The translations under genes and the position numbers were made by a program. A stretch of 43,523 nt of DNA. Source: Planctomycetota bacterium. GTDB lineage: Bacteria > Planctomycetota > UBA11346. The DNA lies in the NCBI GenBank assembly GCA_038231435.1, contig JBBRLJ010000043.1, positions 1-43,523 of the forward strand. Reading direction: 5' to 3'. Under the pieces are notes generated by a model, which was not told the origin of the DNA, did not search any database, and saw only the letters and a program-made list of their open reading frames with translations. Shown here piece by piece: positions 9,781 through 19,998 of this stretch; position 1 is the stretch's first letter, and every line of letters starts with the position of its first letter.

Positions 9781-11049
9781 TCAGCCCTGGCGCGCGAAGC
9801 GTCCGATCTCATCCACCGCCGTCACGCCGGCGTCTAGACATGCGCGATATCCGCCGGGCACCAGGTCGCCGCAGGCGTCGACATAGCCCGAGGATCCCAC
9901 GGCCACCCGCCGCTGATGGCCGAGCAGCACCAGCGCCCCTTCACGCAGGCGCGGACGGAAGCGCTCGTCGAGCCCCCAACGGGTGGTCATCGGTTCCATC
10001 GCCGGGGTGTTGTGCTCGGTGCCGTCGAACACCGGCCAGCCACGGCGCGTCGCCTCGGCCACCACCGCGGTCATGCGCGGCTCGGTGTTGCGCGCCGGGA
10101 TGAGCTCGAGCGCGCGGAAGCCCCAGCCATCGAGACGGTCGCACCATGAGGCGATGTCGCGTTCGCCGTCGGTGATCGGATCGCCGAGTACGGGATAGGT
10201 CGGAATCGAACCGAGCGATAGGTAGAGCGAGCGCAGGCCGGCGACGGTCGGGAAGGCAGCTGGATCCTCGGCGACATAGCACGGCTTGCCGGCCTTGAGC
10301 AGGTGCGAACGCACGTGGTTCTGCAGCTCGGCATCGACCTGCGAGGGCGGCGCCTTGCCAACCACCCGTTCGTACGCCGATGCCCACGCCGCGCTGCCGA
10401 CGGGCCGGCCGACAGGAGCGGCGAGCGCGCGCACGATCGCGCGCGCCACGTGACGCTCGGTGGTGTTCCCGGCTGGCGTCTGGCCCGAGACGTCGTCCCA
10501 GGTCGGACCGGGCTCGCCGAGAATCGCGCGGAAGCGAGCGTCAGCGCTCGCGGTCAGCTCGCGGTTGCGCCGCTCCTGGAAACCGCGCAGACGCGCGAGT
10601 TCCGCCGCGGCCAGCGCATCGTCGGGCCGGGCGATGCCCTTGCCGGTGAGGTAGATCTTCCCCGGATTGGCTGGATCGTTCACCAGCAGGCCCTCGGCCG
10701 CCAGGCGCGGATCGATGGCGACGCATTCGACGCCGAACACCGCGGCGATGCCGGCCGCCGCGCAGGCGCGGGCGAACTCGCCGCAGCCGGCGGTGGTGAA
10801 GAAGTCGTTGATGCCGAAGACCTCGATGCCGGCCTGCGCGGCATGCCAGACCGCCTCGCTCGGCGAGCGGAACACCCCGAACGAGTGGTTGGTGTGGACG
10901 TGGACGTTGGTCGGCCTGGGGGAAGCGCGTGCTTCAGGTCGTGACGCCGGTCGTGACGCCGTAAGGGAGGCGGCCAGCTCGCGCAATGCCTGTAGCCGGA
11001 TCTCGACATCGCCAGCCGCGAGGCGCTCGGTCGCAGGGACAGTGGACAT
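9781..11049 (-). CDS. PHP-domain metal-dependent phosphoesterase-like protein
   Basis: NVHVHTNHS, GINDF, GVE and GTEHN motifs. Confidence 0.75.
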   Translation of the reverse strand: MSTVPATERLAAGDVEIRLQALRELAASLTASRPASRPEARASPRPTNVHVHTNHSFGVFRSPSEAVWHAAQAGIEVFGINDFFTTAGCGEFARACAAAGIAAVFGVECVAIDPRLAAEGLLVNDPANPGKIYLTGKGIARPDDALAAAELARLRGFQERRNRELTASADARFRAILGEPGPTWDDVSGQTPAGNTTERHVARAIVRALAAPVGRPVGSAAWASAYERVVGKAPPSQVDAELQNHVRSHLLKAGKPCYVAEDPAAFPTVAGLRSLYLSLGSIPTYPVLGDPITDGERDIASWCDRLDGWGFRALELIPARNTEPRMTAVVAEATRRGWPVFDGTEHNTPAMEPMTTRWGLDERFRPRLREGALVLLGHQRRVAVGSSGYVDACGDLVPGGYRACLDAGVTAVDEIGRFARQG

Positions 11050-11094
11050 CAGGAGGCCGCGCCGCTCATCATCGTGGGGCGGGCATCGGACGGC

Positions 11095-12378
11095 CTAGGC
11101 CGTCTCCTTCGCGCCACCGGGCGGCTCGTAGATCGTGGCCTTGCCGGCGACGACGTCCGCGGTGACGGTGAACTGCTTCTGGAACTTCACGCGCTGGGGC
11201 AGGTCGAACATCATGTCGAGCATGACTTCCTCGAGGATGGCCCTGAGCGCGCGCGCTCCGGTCTTGCGTTCCTGCGCCTTGCGCGCGATGCCGCGGAGCG
11301 CTTCGTCGGTGAACGACAGCTCGGCGCCCTCCATCGAGAACAGCGCCTGGTACTGCTTGACCAGCGAGTTCTTCGGCTGGGTGAGGATCGAGCACAGCGC
11401 GTCCTCGGAGAGCGGCTGCAGCGCGACGGTGACCGGCAGGCGGCCGATGAATTCGGGGATCATGCCGAAGTTGACCAGGTCCTCGGGCAGGACCTGCGAC
11501 AGCAGGCGCTCGTCCTCGCTGACGTCCGAGCCCTGGGGCGAGGCGTCGTCCATCTTGAAGCCGACGGTGCGATCGCCGAGCCGGCGCGAGACGATTTCGG
11601 GCAGGCCCGAGAACGCGCCGCCGCAGATGAAGAGGATGTTCTCGGTGTTGACCTGAATGTACTTCTGCTCGGGGTGCTTGCGCCCGCCGCCCGGAGGCAC
11701 GTTCGCTACCGTGCCCTCGACCAGCTTGAGCAGCGCCTGCTGCACACCCTCGCCCGAGACGTCGCGCGTGATCGAGACGTTGCCGCTCGAGCGCGCGATC
11801 TTGTCGACCTCGTCGATGTAGATGATGCCCATCTCGGTACGCGGGATGTCGAAGTCGGCGTTCTGCAGCAACCGCAGGATGAGGTTCTCGACATCCTCGC
11901 CGACGTAGCCCGCCTCGGTGAGGGTGGTGGCGTCGCCGATCGCGAACGGGACGTTCAGGAGCTTCGCCAGGCAGCGCGCGATCGCGGTCTTGCCGCAGCC
12001 GGTGGGGCCGAGCACCAGGATGTTGGATTTCTCGAGCTCGACCGCGCTGCCCTGCTGGTTGTGGCGCAGGCGCTTGTAGTGGTTGTAGACGGCCACCGCG
12101 ACGGTGCGCTTCGCCTGCTCCTGACCGATGATGTACTGATCCAGGTGCGCCTTGATCTCGGAGGGCGTGAAGATCTTGCCCAGGCGCGGAGCCTCGGTGC
12201 CGCCCTTGCGCTTGCCCTGGTCGCGCAGCAGCGTCGAGCAGACCTCGACGCACTCGTTGCAGATGAAGATGTCAGGCGGGCCGGCGATCAGGCGATCGAC
12301 CTGGTTGGTATTGCGGCCGCAGAAGCTGCAGTTGTCCGACGGACCCTCGCCTTCGCCCTTCTTGTTCTTGATGACCAT
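11095..12378 (-). CDS. clpX: ATP-dependent Clp protease ATP-binding subunit ClpX
   Basis: CSFCG zinc finger, GPTGCGKT Walker [21 protein letters not shown]. Confidence 0.98.
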   Translation of the reverse strand: MVIKNKKGEGEGPSDNCSFCGRNTNQVDRLIAGPPDIFICNECVEVCSTLLRDQGKRKGGTEAPRLGKIFTPSEIKAHLDQYIIGQEQAKRTVAVAVYNHYKRLRHNQQGSAVELEKSNILVLGPTGCGKTAIARCLAKLLNVPFAIGDATTLTEAGYVGEDVENLILRLLQNADFDIPRTEMGIIYIDEVDKIARSSGNVSITRDVSGEGVQQALLKLVEGTVANVPPGGGRKHPEQKYIQVNTENILFICGGAFSGLPEIVSRRLGDRTVGFKMDDASPQGSDVSEDERLLSQVLPEDLVNFGMIPEFIGRLPVTVALQPLSEDALCSILTQPKNSLVKQYQALFSMEGAELSFTDEALRGIARKAQERKTGARALRAILEEVMLDMMFDLPQRVKFQKQFTVTADVVAGKATIYEPPGGAKETA

Positions 12379-12436
12379 TGCTGACTTCTTCCCTAATGAC
12401 GATCGGGATGATGGTTCGGGTCGGCGAGGGGGGCGT

Positions 12437-13027
12437 TCAGGGCGTGATCACGGGCTTGGAGACGACCTTGTCGATCAGGCCGTAGGAGCAGGCCTCTTCG
12501 GCACTCATGTAGTGGTCGCGCTCGCAATCGCGGACGACCTTCTCGTAGGGCTGGCCGGTCTTGGCGGCGAGGATGCGATTGAGCTCGTTCTTGAGCCGCA
12601 GCAGCTCCTTCGCCTGGATCTCGATATCGGTCGCCTGGCCCTGGGTGCCACCCATGGGCTGGTGGATCATGATGCGCGCGTGGGGGAGCGCGAAGCGCTT
12701 GCCCTTGGTACCGGCGGCGAGCAGGAAGGCCGACATGCTGGCGGCCTGGCCGACGCAGACGGTGACCACGTCGCAGGTCAGGTACTGCATGGTATCGTAG
12801 ATGGCGAAGCCGGCGCTGACCACGCCGCCCGGGCTGTTGATGTACAAGGTGATGTCGGCGTCGCGCTTCTGGCTCTGCAGGAACAGCAGCTGGGCGACCA
12901 CGACGTTGCAGACGAAATCATCGATGGGCTCGCCCAGGAAGATGATGCGGTCCTTGAGCAGTCGGCTATAGATGTCGTAGCTGCGCTCGCCGCGCGAATC
13001 CTTCTCGATGACATAGGGAATGGGCAT
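12437..13027 (-). CDS. clpP: ATP-dependent Clp protease proteolytic subunit
   Basis: [37 protein letters not shown]. Confidence 0.98.
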   Translation of the reverse strand: MPIPYVIEKDSRGERSYDIYSRLLKDRIIFLGEPIDDFVCNVVVAQLLFLQSQKRDADITLYINSPGGVVSAGFAIYDTMQYLTCDVVTVCVGQAASMSAFLLAAGTKGKRFALPHARIMIHQPMGGTQGQATDIEIQAKELLRLKNELNRILAAKTGQPYEKVVRDCERDHYMSAEEACSYGLIDKVVSKPVITP

Positions 13028-13303
13028 GGGTTCCTCGGAGGAAGCGGGTACTCCCGCCCAGCGTACAGCGGGCGGAAATTTTCACAAATCGTTCTAGCAC
13101 ACCATGCGCAAGACGCCCGGGGCTCTTCAGCGGCGCTCGGACGCGCCATGGGTCACACGGCGCGGGATGCGTCACGAACGCGGCTGTAAACAGGACTGAT
13201 CCCGGTAGAACCGACGACGTTCACCCATGGCCGCGTGGCTTCGGGCCCACAAGCCCGCCCCCACGACGCCTTGTCCACCCCCAGCCCGCCGTCGAGGCCT
13301 CCT

Positions 13304-14827
13304 ATGTTCCTGCGCGCGCTCGCCGCCTTCATCCTCACCGTGTCGTTCGCCTTCGCCGAGGACACCCTCGACGACATGGTCAAGAAGACCGATATGAGCA
13401 GCGCCGACGCGGTGTTCTCGCTCGGCCAGTGGTGCAACGAGCACAGCCTGCCCACCAAGGCTCGCCAGTACTACAATCAGGCGATCAAGCTCGACAAGAA
13501 CCACGAGGGCGCGCGCGCAGCGCTCGGCCAGGTACGGGTCGGCGAGCGCTGGGTCGCGCAGAGCCAGCTGACTCCGCCCGCCGGCGGGAAGAAGCCCGAG
13601 GGTGCCGCGGCTGGCGGCGTCGGCGCAGCCGGCGGCTCGTCGCACGCCGGACCGAGCGCGGCACAGATCACCTGGGAGCTGAAGGTGCCGCGGGACCCGC
13701 AGCCCGACAACGTCTTCATCACCCAATACATCGAGAAGCTGCCCAGCCTGAAGAACGAGTCCACCGAGATGGACAGCGCGGTCATGACCATGGTGCGCGA
13801 CGACAATGTGGCGACAGCCATCCCGCGCCTGTGCGCCGCCTTGGCGCGCCCCGAGTTCAACGACGTCTATGGCGCCGCCAGCGTCGCGGCCCAACTGATC
13901 AAGGATGGCAAGATCGAGACCGCGCGCCCGCTCCTGCCTTTCCTGGCCAAGGCCAGCGAGCACGTCAGCGATCCGCAGGATCTGGACATGTGCGCCTTCG
14001 CGCTCGGCGCGTTCAAAGACCGCCGCGCGGTGCCACGCCTGATCGAACTGCTCGACAACAAGGACGCGCACGACACCGCCGAGGTCGCCCTCGGGTCGAT
14101 CACCGCATTGCCGCTGCCGATCCCGAAAGGCAAGGCCCAGGAATGGTGGGATCGCAATCACGACGCGGACCCGAAAGCTGTGTACCTTGAGCAGCTCAAG
14201 AGCAGCGACCCCAACGCGCAGGCAGACGCCGCGTCCGCGCTCCTGACGCTGCGCGAGAAAGCGATGTTCCCGACCGTCATCAAGCTGCTGCGCTCGGACG
14301 ATCGCCAGGTCAACGGCAAGGCGTTGAGGATCGTCGTCAAGATGACCGGGCTCGACTTCCAATATCTCGAGGCGAAGACCAAGGAGGACAAGGAGAAGCG
14401 GGTGCAGATGATCGAGAAGTGGTGGAAGGACAACGGCCCGCACTTCCAGTTCCCCGAGACCGCCAAGGATCCCGAGCCGGTCGCCCAGGCGAACGCGCCC
14501 GCTGTGGACGAGGCGTTGGCGTGGATCGACGACCTGTCCTCGATCGCCGGCAACAAGGCGCAGCAGGCCGAGGCCAACCTCCAGTCCAAGGGCCTGGGCG
14601 CGGTGCCGGCGCTGATCGGCGGGCTCGAGAGCAGCGCGCCGGTGGTGCGCCGCAAATGCAACGACCTGCTCAAGACCATCACCAAACAGGATTTCCAGTT
14701 CGATCCGCGTGCCGAAGACGCCGACCGCGCCAAGGCCGTGGGTGCCTGGCGCACCTGGGCCAAGGACAAGAACGTGATGACGGATTCGGGCGAGGTCCCC
14801 GAGCCGGCGGACGCGCCCAAGAAGTAG
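13304..14827 (+). CDS. Secreted HEAT-repeat protein
   Basis: Signal peptide MFLRALAAFILTVSFAFA; HEAT-like repeats (AVPRLIELL, AVPALIGGLES). Confidence 0.75.
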   Translation: MFLRALAAFILTVSFAFAEDTLDDMVKKTDMSSADAVFSLGQWCNEHSLPTKARQYYNQAIKLDKNHEGARAALGQVRVGERWVAQSQLTPPAGGKKPEGAAAGGVGAAGGSSHAGPSAAQITWELKVPRDPQPDNVFITQYIEKLPSLKNESTEMDSAVMTMVRDDNVATAIPRLCAALARPEFNDVYGAASVAAQLIKDGKIETARPLLPFLAKASEHVSDPQDLDMCAFALGAFKDRRAVPRLIELLDNKDAHDTAEVALGSITALPLPIPKGKAQEWWDRNHDADPKAVYLEQLKSSDPNAQADAASALLTLREKAMFPTVIKLLRSDDRQVNGKALRIVVKMTGLDFQYLEAKTKEDKEKRVQMIEKWWKDNGPHFQFPETAKDPEPVAQANAPAVDEALAWIDDLSSIAGNKAQQAEANLQSKGLGAVPALIGGLESSAPVVRRKCNDLLKTITKQDFQFDPRAEDADRAKAVGAWRTWAKDKNVMTDSGEVPEPADAPKK

Positions 14828-14907
14828 CGCGCGGAATGCGCTCCCGCTCGTTCCGGCTCGGCCGTGGCGCGGGATTGACCACGCTGGCGCTCGTCCAGGC
14901 TGCGCTC

Positions 14908-15636
14908 ATGGCGACCGCTGGAGATACCGACGGCAGGAGCGCTCGGCCCGACATCCGGGCCAATGTCGCCGCGGTCCGCGCCGACATGGCCGAGTCCTGC
15001 CGCCGCGCTCGGCGTGATCCCGCCTCGGTGCGCCTGATCGCCGTCACCAAGAGCCAAGGGCCAGAGGTGCTTGCCGCCCTCGCGGCCGAGGGTGTCCACG
15101 ATTTCGGCGAGAACCGCGTCGATCATCTCGAGCAGATGCTCGCTGCCGCGCCCGCGGACTCGGCCTTCCATGCCATCGGACGGATCCAGGGCCGTCAGCT
15201 GCGCGAGGTGGTCGCCGGGTGCGCCTGCCTGCATAGCCTGTGCGACGCCTCCCATCTGGCCAAGCTCTCGCAGCTGTGCGTCGACGCCCGGCGCACGCTG
15301 CCGGTCTTCGTCCAGGTGAACACCAGCGGCGAGGCCGCTAAAGCCGGTCTCGAGCCCACTGCGCTGGAAGCGTTCCTCGATGGCGCACGCGGCAAACCGG
15401 GCGTCGAGATCGTCGGGCTCATGACCATGGCGCCGGAGCTCTCATCCTCGGCGGCATCGTCGACGGCCTCGTCCGCACCATCCCCATCTGCCGTGCGCGC
15501 ATGCTTCGCGCGGCTGCGCGAGCTCGCGGCCGTCCATCGCCTGCCACGCCTGAGCATGGGCATGTCGCAGGATTTCGGCATCGCGATCGAGGAGGGGGCG
15601 ACCGACATCCGCGTCGGCACCCGGCTGTTCGCATGA
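14908..15636 (+). CDS. yggS: PLP homeostasis protein (YggS family)
   Basis: LIAVTK, FGENR, VQVNTSGE, GLMTM, LSMGMSQDF..AIEEGAT.IRVGT. Start may be 14836. Confidence 0.93.
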   Translation: MATAGDTDGRSARPDIRANVAAVRADMAESCRRARRDPASVRLIAVTKSQGPEVLAALAAEGVHDFGENRVDHLEQMLAAAPADSAFHAIGRIQGRQLREVVAGCACLHSLCDASHLAKLSQLCVDARRTLPVFVQVNTSGEAAKAGLEPTALEAFLDGARGKPGVEIVGLMTMAPELSSSAASSTASSAPSPSAVRACFARLRELAAVHRLPRLSMGMSQDFGIAIEEGATDIRVGTRLFA

Positions 15637-16367
15637 GCGGTGGACCGGAGCCGCACGGACAGATCGACGAAGTCGTCGCGCACGAGCTCGCCCTGGCGGA
15701 GCTGCGGCGCCAGCTGGTGTACGTGCGCTGGCCAGTGGAACTCGCTCTCAACCGCAATCGCCGCATCCTCATCAGCCTGCGCGGCTCGCGCTGGCGCGGC
15801 ATGCGCCTGAGCATCCATCGCGAACTGCTCCGCCACCCGGCCGCGCTCGCCGATCTGCCGCGCTGGGTCGCGGCGGGGGGGCGGACGCGCAGCCCGGCGA
15901 TCTCCGCTGCGCTCGATGCCGCCGGGCGCACGCTGCGCGCGCGCGAGCGCGTCGCCCATCCCCCACTGGTGCTCGAAGCGCTCGGCGGGCCGCTGGCGCT
16001 CGATACGGCGTTCGCGCGCATCCACGCGGAGTGGTTCCCGCACCTCGCCAAGCCCGCCGTGAGCTGGGGCCGGGCCGCTCGCCAGGCGCGCCGGCACGTG
16101 CGCTTCGCCATGTATCGCCGTTCGCCAACGCCGCAGGTCGTCGTCAACCGCAGGCTCGACCAGGCCTGGGTGGCGCGCGAGTTCGTCGACTTCGTCCTCT
16201 ACCACGAGCTCTGCCATCATGCCCAGGCGTGCGCCCCGCTGCGCGGCGAGACCGCCCACAGCGCACGGTTCCGCGCCTGGGAGCGCCGCTATCCGCGTTT
16301 CGACGAGATCCTGCGCTGGGAGCGCGAGAATCTCGACCGCTTCCTCGACCGCGCGAGTCCGGCGTGA
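15633..16367 (+). CDS. SprT/YgjP-like zinc metalloprotease-domain protein
   Basis: VLYHELCH (HExxH) plus HSARFRAWE; ATGA overlap with the yggS stop. Confidence 0.75.
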   Translation: MSGGPEPHGQIDEVVAHELALAELRRQLVYVRWPVELALNRNRRILISLRGSRWRGMRLSIHRELLRHPAALADLPRWVAAGGRTRSPAISAALDAAGRTLRARERVAHPPLVLEALGGPLALDTAFARIHAEWFPHLAKPAVSWGRAARQARRHVRFAMYRRSPTPQVVVNRRLDQAWVAREFVDFVLYHELCHHAQACAPLRGETAHSARFRAWERRYPRFDEILRWERENLDRFLDRASPA

Positions 16368-18358
16368 CCACCACCATCGCCTGCACGCTGGCGTGGAGCG
16401 CTGGTGCGATCGCCGTCCCAGCGGATGCGCCGGACATGCCGGGGGTCAAGGCCCTGCGTCTGGACATGGGCGACGCCCGCGGCCCGCTGCGCGTCAGCGC
16501 CTCCGACTGGCGCAGGCGCTACCTGACCATTGATCTCCGCCACCTCGGAGCGCACTGCGGCAGGCTGTTCGTGCGCTTCTTCGCGCATGGCGAAGCGGAA
16601 CGGCGGATCGAGATCCTGCTCGGCCTGATTCCCGGGGTGCGCGCGCGCATCTCGCTCGATCTCGAGCTGCTCGCCGGCCAACGTATCTTCCTGCGCCGGC
16701 ATCCGGGCGCCCTCAAGGGGGTGTGTTTCGGGCGCCGCGTCGATCCCGATGATGTCAGCCATGCGACCATCGAGCTCGAGGATACCGGAGGGGGGCAGCG
16801 ACTGTGGCTGGCCGCGCCGATACTGGGCGACGATGATCTCTGCCAGGTCGAAGTCGCCGAGCCGCTGGTCGACGAACTCGGTCAATGGCGGACCAAGGCC
16901 TGGCCAGGGAAGACCGGCGGCGCGCGGGAGCTTGCGCATGATCTCGCGGCCTCCGCCGCCGAGGATGGCGTCTGGCCCTCGACCTGGAGCCGCTTCGGCG
17001 GCAGCCTGGCGCATCGATTCGCGGCGAGCGGCTACTTCCGTACCCATCACGATGGGCGGCGCTGGTGGCTGGTCGATCCGGACGGCTGCGGATTCTGGAG
17101 CGCGGGCCTCGACTGCGTACGGCCCGGCGCCGACTCAGCGATGGTTCCAGGCACTGAGGGCATGTTCACCTGGCTGCCTCGCGACGATGCGGATTTCACG
17201 GACTGCTGGCATGGGCAGGGGGCGCGCGGGCCGAGTGCGGATTTCAGCGCCGCGAACCTGCGCCGGGTGTTCGGGGACGGATGGAAGAACACCTGGAGAT
17301 CGCTCACCGCCAAGCGGCTGCGTGCGTGGCGCTTCAATACCGTCGCCAACTGGTCCGACACCGAGATCGCGCGCGAGCAGGGGGTCCCCTACGTGACCCA
17401 GATGTCCGGCTATCCATCGACACCGATGACGCTGTTCCGCGATCTGCCCGACGTCTTCGATCCGGCGTTCGCCATAAACGCCGCCTCCTGGGCGGAATCC
17501 CTGCGACCGCTGCGCGACGACCCGCTGCTGATCGGTTATTTCCTCGCCAACGAACCTGAATGGGGCTTCGGGAAATTCAACCTGGCCGCGGAAATGCTGG
17601 AGGGGGCTCCCGGCTCGCACACGCGGCGCGCGCTCGCCGGCTTCGTCCGCCGCCGCTACGCGGACGATGTCGCCGCCTGGTCGCGCGCCTGGAAGCGCCC
17701 GTTCGACTCCTTCGACGATCTGGTCGACGGCATCCATCGGCGCCTGGCGGACAGCTCCCCTGCTGCGGACGCCGATCTCTGGGAATTCTCGAAGGACATC
17801 GTGCGCATGCACGCGCGCATCCCGAGCGAGGCAGCGCGCGCCGTGGATCCGCACCACCTGAACCTCGGCCTGCGCTACGCCTGGATCGCCTCGGACCTCT
17901 TCTACGAAGCCGGTGCCTTCTTCGACGTGTTCTCGGTCAACTGCTACGCCGCCATCCCAGACGAGGCCGCGGTGGCCGAGATCGCCAAACGCTGCCGGCT
18001 GCCGACGATGATCGGCGAATTCCACTTCGGCGCCCTCGACCGCGGCCTTCCGGCAACCGGCCTGCGCGGCGTCGCCGACCAGGTCCAACGCGGCGTCGCC
18101 TATCGACGCTTCGTCGAACGCTGCGCCGCCAATCCCGATCTCATCGGCGCGCACTATTTCACCTTGGCCGACCAGTCCCTGACCGGGCGCTTCGATGGCG
18201 AGAACTACCAGATCGGTTTCGTCGACGTCTGCCATCGCCCATACGCCGAACTGGTGGCAGCGGCCACGTCCACGCACGAGCGGCTCTACGCCATCGCCGA
18301 TGGCAGCGTCTCGCCCTTCGACACGCCTGCCGTCGAGGCTCCGCGAGTAGCGTTCTAG
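16364..18358 (+). CDS. Glycoside hydrolase, GH50/beta-agarase-like (clan GH-A)
   Basis: GRRWWLVDPDG, WRFNTVANWS, IGYFLANEP, DPHHLNLGLRY, MIGEFHFGA, DGENYQIGFVD; GTG start overlaps the upstream stop. Confidence 0.75.
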   Translation: MTTTIACTLAWSAGAIAVPADAPDMPGVKALRLDMGDARGPLRVSASDWRRRYLTIDLRHLGAHCGRLFVRFFAHGEAERRIEILLGLIPGVRARISLDLELLAGQRIFLRRHPGALKGVCFGRRVDPDDVSHATIELEDTGGGQRLWLAAPILGDDDLCQVEVAEPLVDELGQWRTKAWPGKTGGARELAHDLAASAAEDGVWPSTWSRFGGSLAHRFAASGYFRTHHDGRRWWLVDPDGCGFWSAGLDCVRPGADSAMVPGTEGMFTWLPRDDADFTDCWHGQGARGPSADFSAANLRRVFGDGWKNTWRSLTAKRLRAWRFNTVANWSDTEIAREQGVPYVTQMSGYPSTPMTLFRDLPDVFDPAFAINAASWAESLRPLRDDPLLIGYFLANEPEWGFGKFNLAAEMLEGAPGSHTRRALAGFVRRRYADDVAAWSRAWKRPFDSFDDLVDGIHRRLADSSPAADADLWEFSKDIVRMHARIPSEAARAVDPHHLNLGLRYAWIASDLFYEAGAFFDVFSVNCYAAIPDEAAVAEIAKRCRLPTMIGEFHFGALDRGLPATGLRGVADQVQRGVAYRRFVERCAANPDLIGAHYFTLADQSLTGRFDGENYQIGFVDVCHRPYAELVAAATSTHERLYAIADGSVSPFDTPAVEAPRVAF

Positions 18359-18434
18359 CCACAAAGTCCGTCGTCATGGCCTGACGTCGGCCTTGGATCG
18401 TCGAGTTCTGCACATTTCACGAAACCGCCTGATT

Positions 18435-19481
18435 CTAACGTGGTTTCACCATGATTAAATTTACATAATATATATTATCGGACATCTTGGAAATGGCGAC
18501 GGCTGCATGGTACCAGTCTCCGCCGGATCGGAAAACTGTCCACGATAAGCGCTTACGAAGCATGTTCTGGACATGGCGAAGCGGGATCGTGCGCCGGACC
18601 CAGCGCGAGAGCCGCGACACCTGGAACACATTCAGCGTGACCGACTGGCAGTCACCGTGGGGCAGGTTCCCGGGGTTTCGGATACCCCAGATCCGCCCGT
18701 CGAGACGACGCTCCGCATCCAACTTTCCGAGGTACTTGGCGCAGTACGCGGACGCGACTCGCCATGACCGCACGAGCTCGACGCGCGTTCCTGCTCGCAG
18801 GTGCTTGTCATCGCCTGAACCAACAACATCGAACCAGGATTTGGACACCCAGGCCTTCACCGCCACGCTGCACGGGACATTCCAGACCAGCAGGTGGAAA
18901 TGCGGAGCGCCGCGCTTTTGGTATTCGAGCTTCCAGATGGCGGCAGCATGCGGGAAGAACCTGAAGAATCGCCGAAACCAGTTATCGAGGTGCTTTTTCC
19001 AACCCCGCCAGTCTGGATCCCATGCAGCAGGATAGGTCAAGGTGATCATCACCGGGCGCGCGTCACGATCGAGCTTCGCGAATCGCCGTAAAAGACGCCG
19101 ACGCGAAGCCTTCGAGAAGCCGCACACCCGGCCGCGTATGGCAGGGGGCTCATCCCCCTCTGATGTCGTGACTCCTTGCCCCCCTGCATCACGTCGACAC
19201 GAACGGCTTGACCGTGAGCGCCCCCTGCCGGCCGGGAAGTCCAACGCCCGCGGCGTCGGCTCGACCACGCGACTACACTCGAGCAGACCGGGCCATGCCC
19301 TCACCTCGTACAGATCCTTCGATGACCCCCTGTACCCGCAGACATCGATCCCACGCGCTAGCGAACGCGGCGCGGCGCGCGCCGAGATATGCGCCGTAGA
19401 TAAACCCTGGGGGGCTGCGCCCCCCGAGACGGCAGCAGTCGCCAGCGCGTAGGGCGAGAACGTCTCGTACACGCGGCTCAC
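18435..19481 (-). CDS. Rolling-circle replication initiator (HUH endonuclease)
   Basis: Motif I MITLTYP, motif II EYQKRGAPHFHLLVW, motif III AYCAKYLGK (YxxKY). The C-terminal MSDNIYYVN is encoded by the dif site. True start uncertain. Confidence 0.9.
   Translation of the reverse strand: MSRVYETFSPYALATAAVSGGAAPQGLSTAHISARAAPRSLARGIDVCGYRGSSKDLYEVRAWPGLLECSRVVEPTPRALDFPAGRGRSRSSRSCRRDAGGQGVTTSEGDEPPAIRGRVCGFSKASRRRLLRRFAKLDRDARPVMITLTYPAAWDPDWRGWKKHLDNWFRRFFRFFPHAAAIWKLEYQKRGAPHFHLLVWNVPCSVAVKAWVSKSWFDVVGSGDDKHLRAGTRVELVRSWRVASAYCAKYLGKLDAERRLDGRIWGIRNPGNLPHGDCQSVTLNVFQVSRLSRWVRRTIPLRHVQNMLRKRLSWTVFRSGGDWYHAAVAISKMSDNIYYVNLIMVKPR
18458..18485 (-). other. dif: Complete dif-like Xer site (left attachment site; probable chromosomal dif)
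   Basis: Minus strand ATGTCCGATAA-TATATA-TTATGTAAATT has the 11-6-11 architecture. The right arm closely resembles the E. coli XerD arm TTATGTTAAAT and the left arm ends in ATAA like XerC arms. Confidence 0.88.
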
Positions 19482-19945
19482 ACGGCACCGCCTCGCGAGG
19501 CGTCGACAACCGACCGATGATCCCCCCGGCCCGGGCCGGGGTGCTCATCGGGCTGGCTGTCCTCCGCTTCGCTGGCGACGCCGTCCGCGCGCGCCTTGGG
19601 CGCGGGGGACCAACTTGCGGGGGCCCACTGCCCCGCTGCGCCTGGTCCCCCCGCCGAGGCGGCGGCACCCCCTCCGACGCTCTTGGTCGCTCCGGGAGTA
19701 TCGTTCTGCCCGTGCGGCGTGGTCTTGGGCGGCCGCCCGCTCCTGGGAGCGGTTGCAGCCTGCCCTTCGACCACTTCCACGTTCGCCCAATGCACACGGG
19801 GACAGATCGGCATACCAGGTCGGGCACGGCCATTGCCGTCGGTCATTCGCCCACAAAGACGACACTCCCATTTGAGGGAGGTGCGTCCCAATCGATTTCG
19901 ATAGGACCCGATGACCACCCAGCGGTGCCTTGATCGCCACGTCAT
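19478..19945 (-). CDS. Hypothetical protein with CxxC motif, coupled to rep
   Basis: WECRLCG...PIC; stop overlaps the rep GTG (GTGA); divergent from the repressor. The C-terminal half is low complexity. Confidence 0.45.
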   Translation of the reverse strand: MTWRSRHRWVVIGSYRNRLGRTSLKWECRLCGRMTDGNGRARPGMPICPRVHWANVEVVEGQAATAPRSGRPPKTTPHGQNDTPGATKSVGGGAAASAGGPGAAGQWAPASWSPAPKARADGVASEAEDSQPDEHPGPGRGDHRSVVDASRGGAV

Positions 19946-19998
19946 TGACGACGACGCTAAGATTGATCTTCACATCCTGGCTGCCACGTTTCGTGGCA
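19940..19998. promoter_or_regulatory. Divergent control region with palindromic operator candidates
   Basis: CGTCA-T-TGACG (19940-19950), AAGAT-TG-ATCTT (19959-19970) and TGCCACG-TTT-CGTGGCA (19982-19998) lie between the divergent starts. Confidence 0.55.

Noticed and set aside
11095..13027. Functional link between clpPX and the mobile element
   Set aside because: Core genes more than 5 kb outside the att sites; proximity alone is not evidence.
19545..19973. Alternative 142-aa ORF upstream of rep
   Set aside because: Overlaps the CxxC ORF in another frame, is Arg-rich and low complexity, and is not coupled to rep; cannot be fully excluded.
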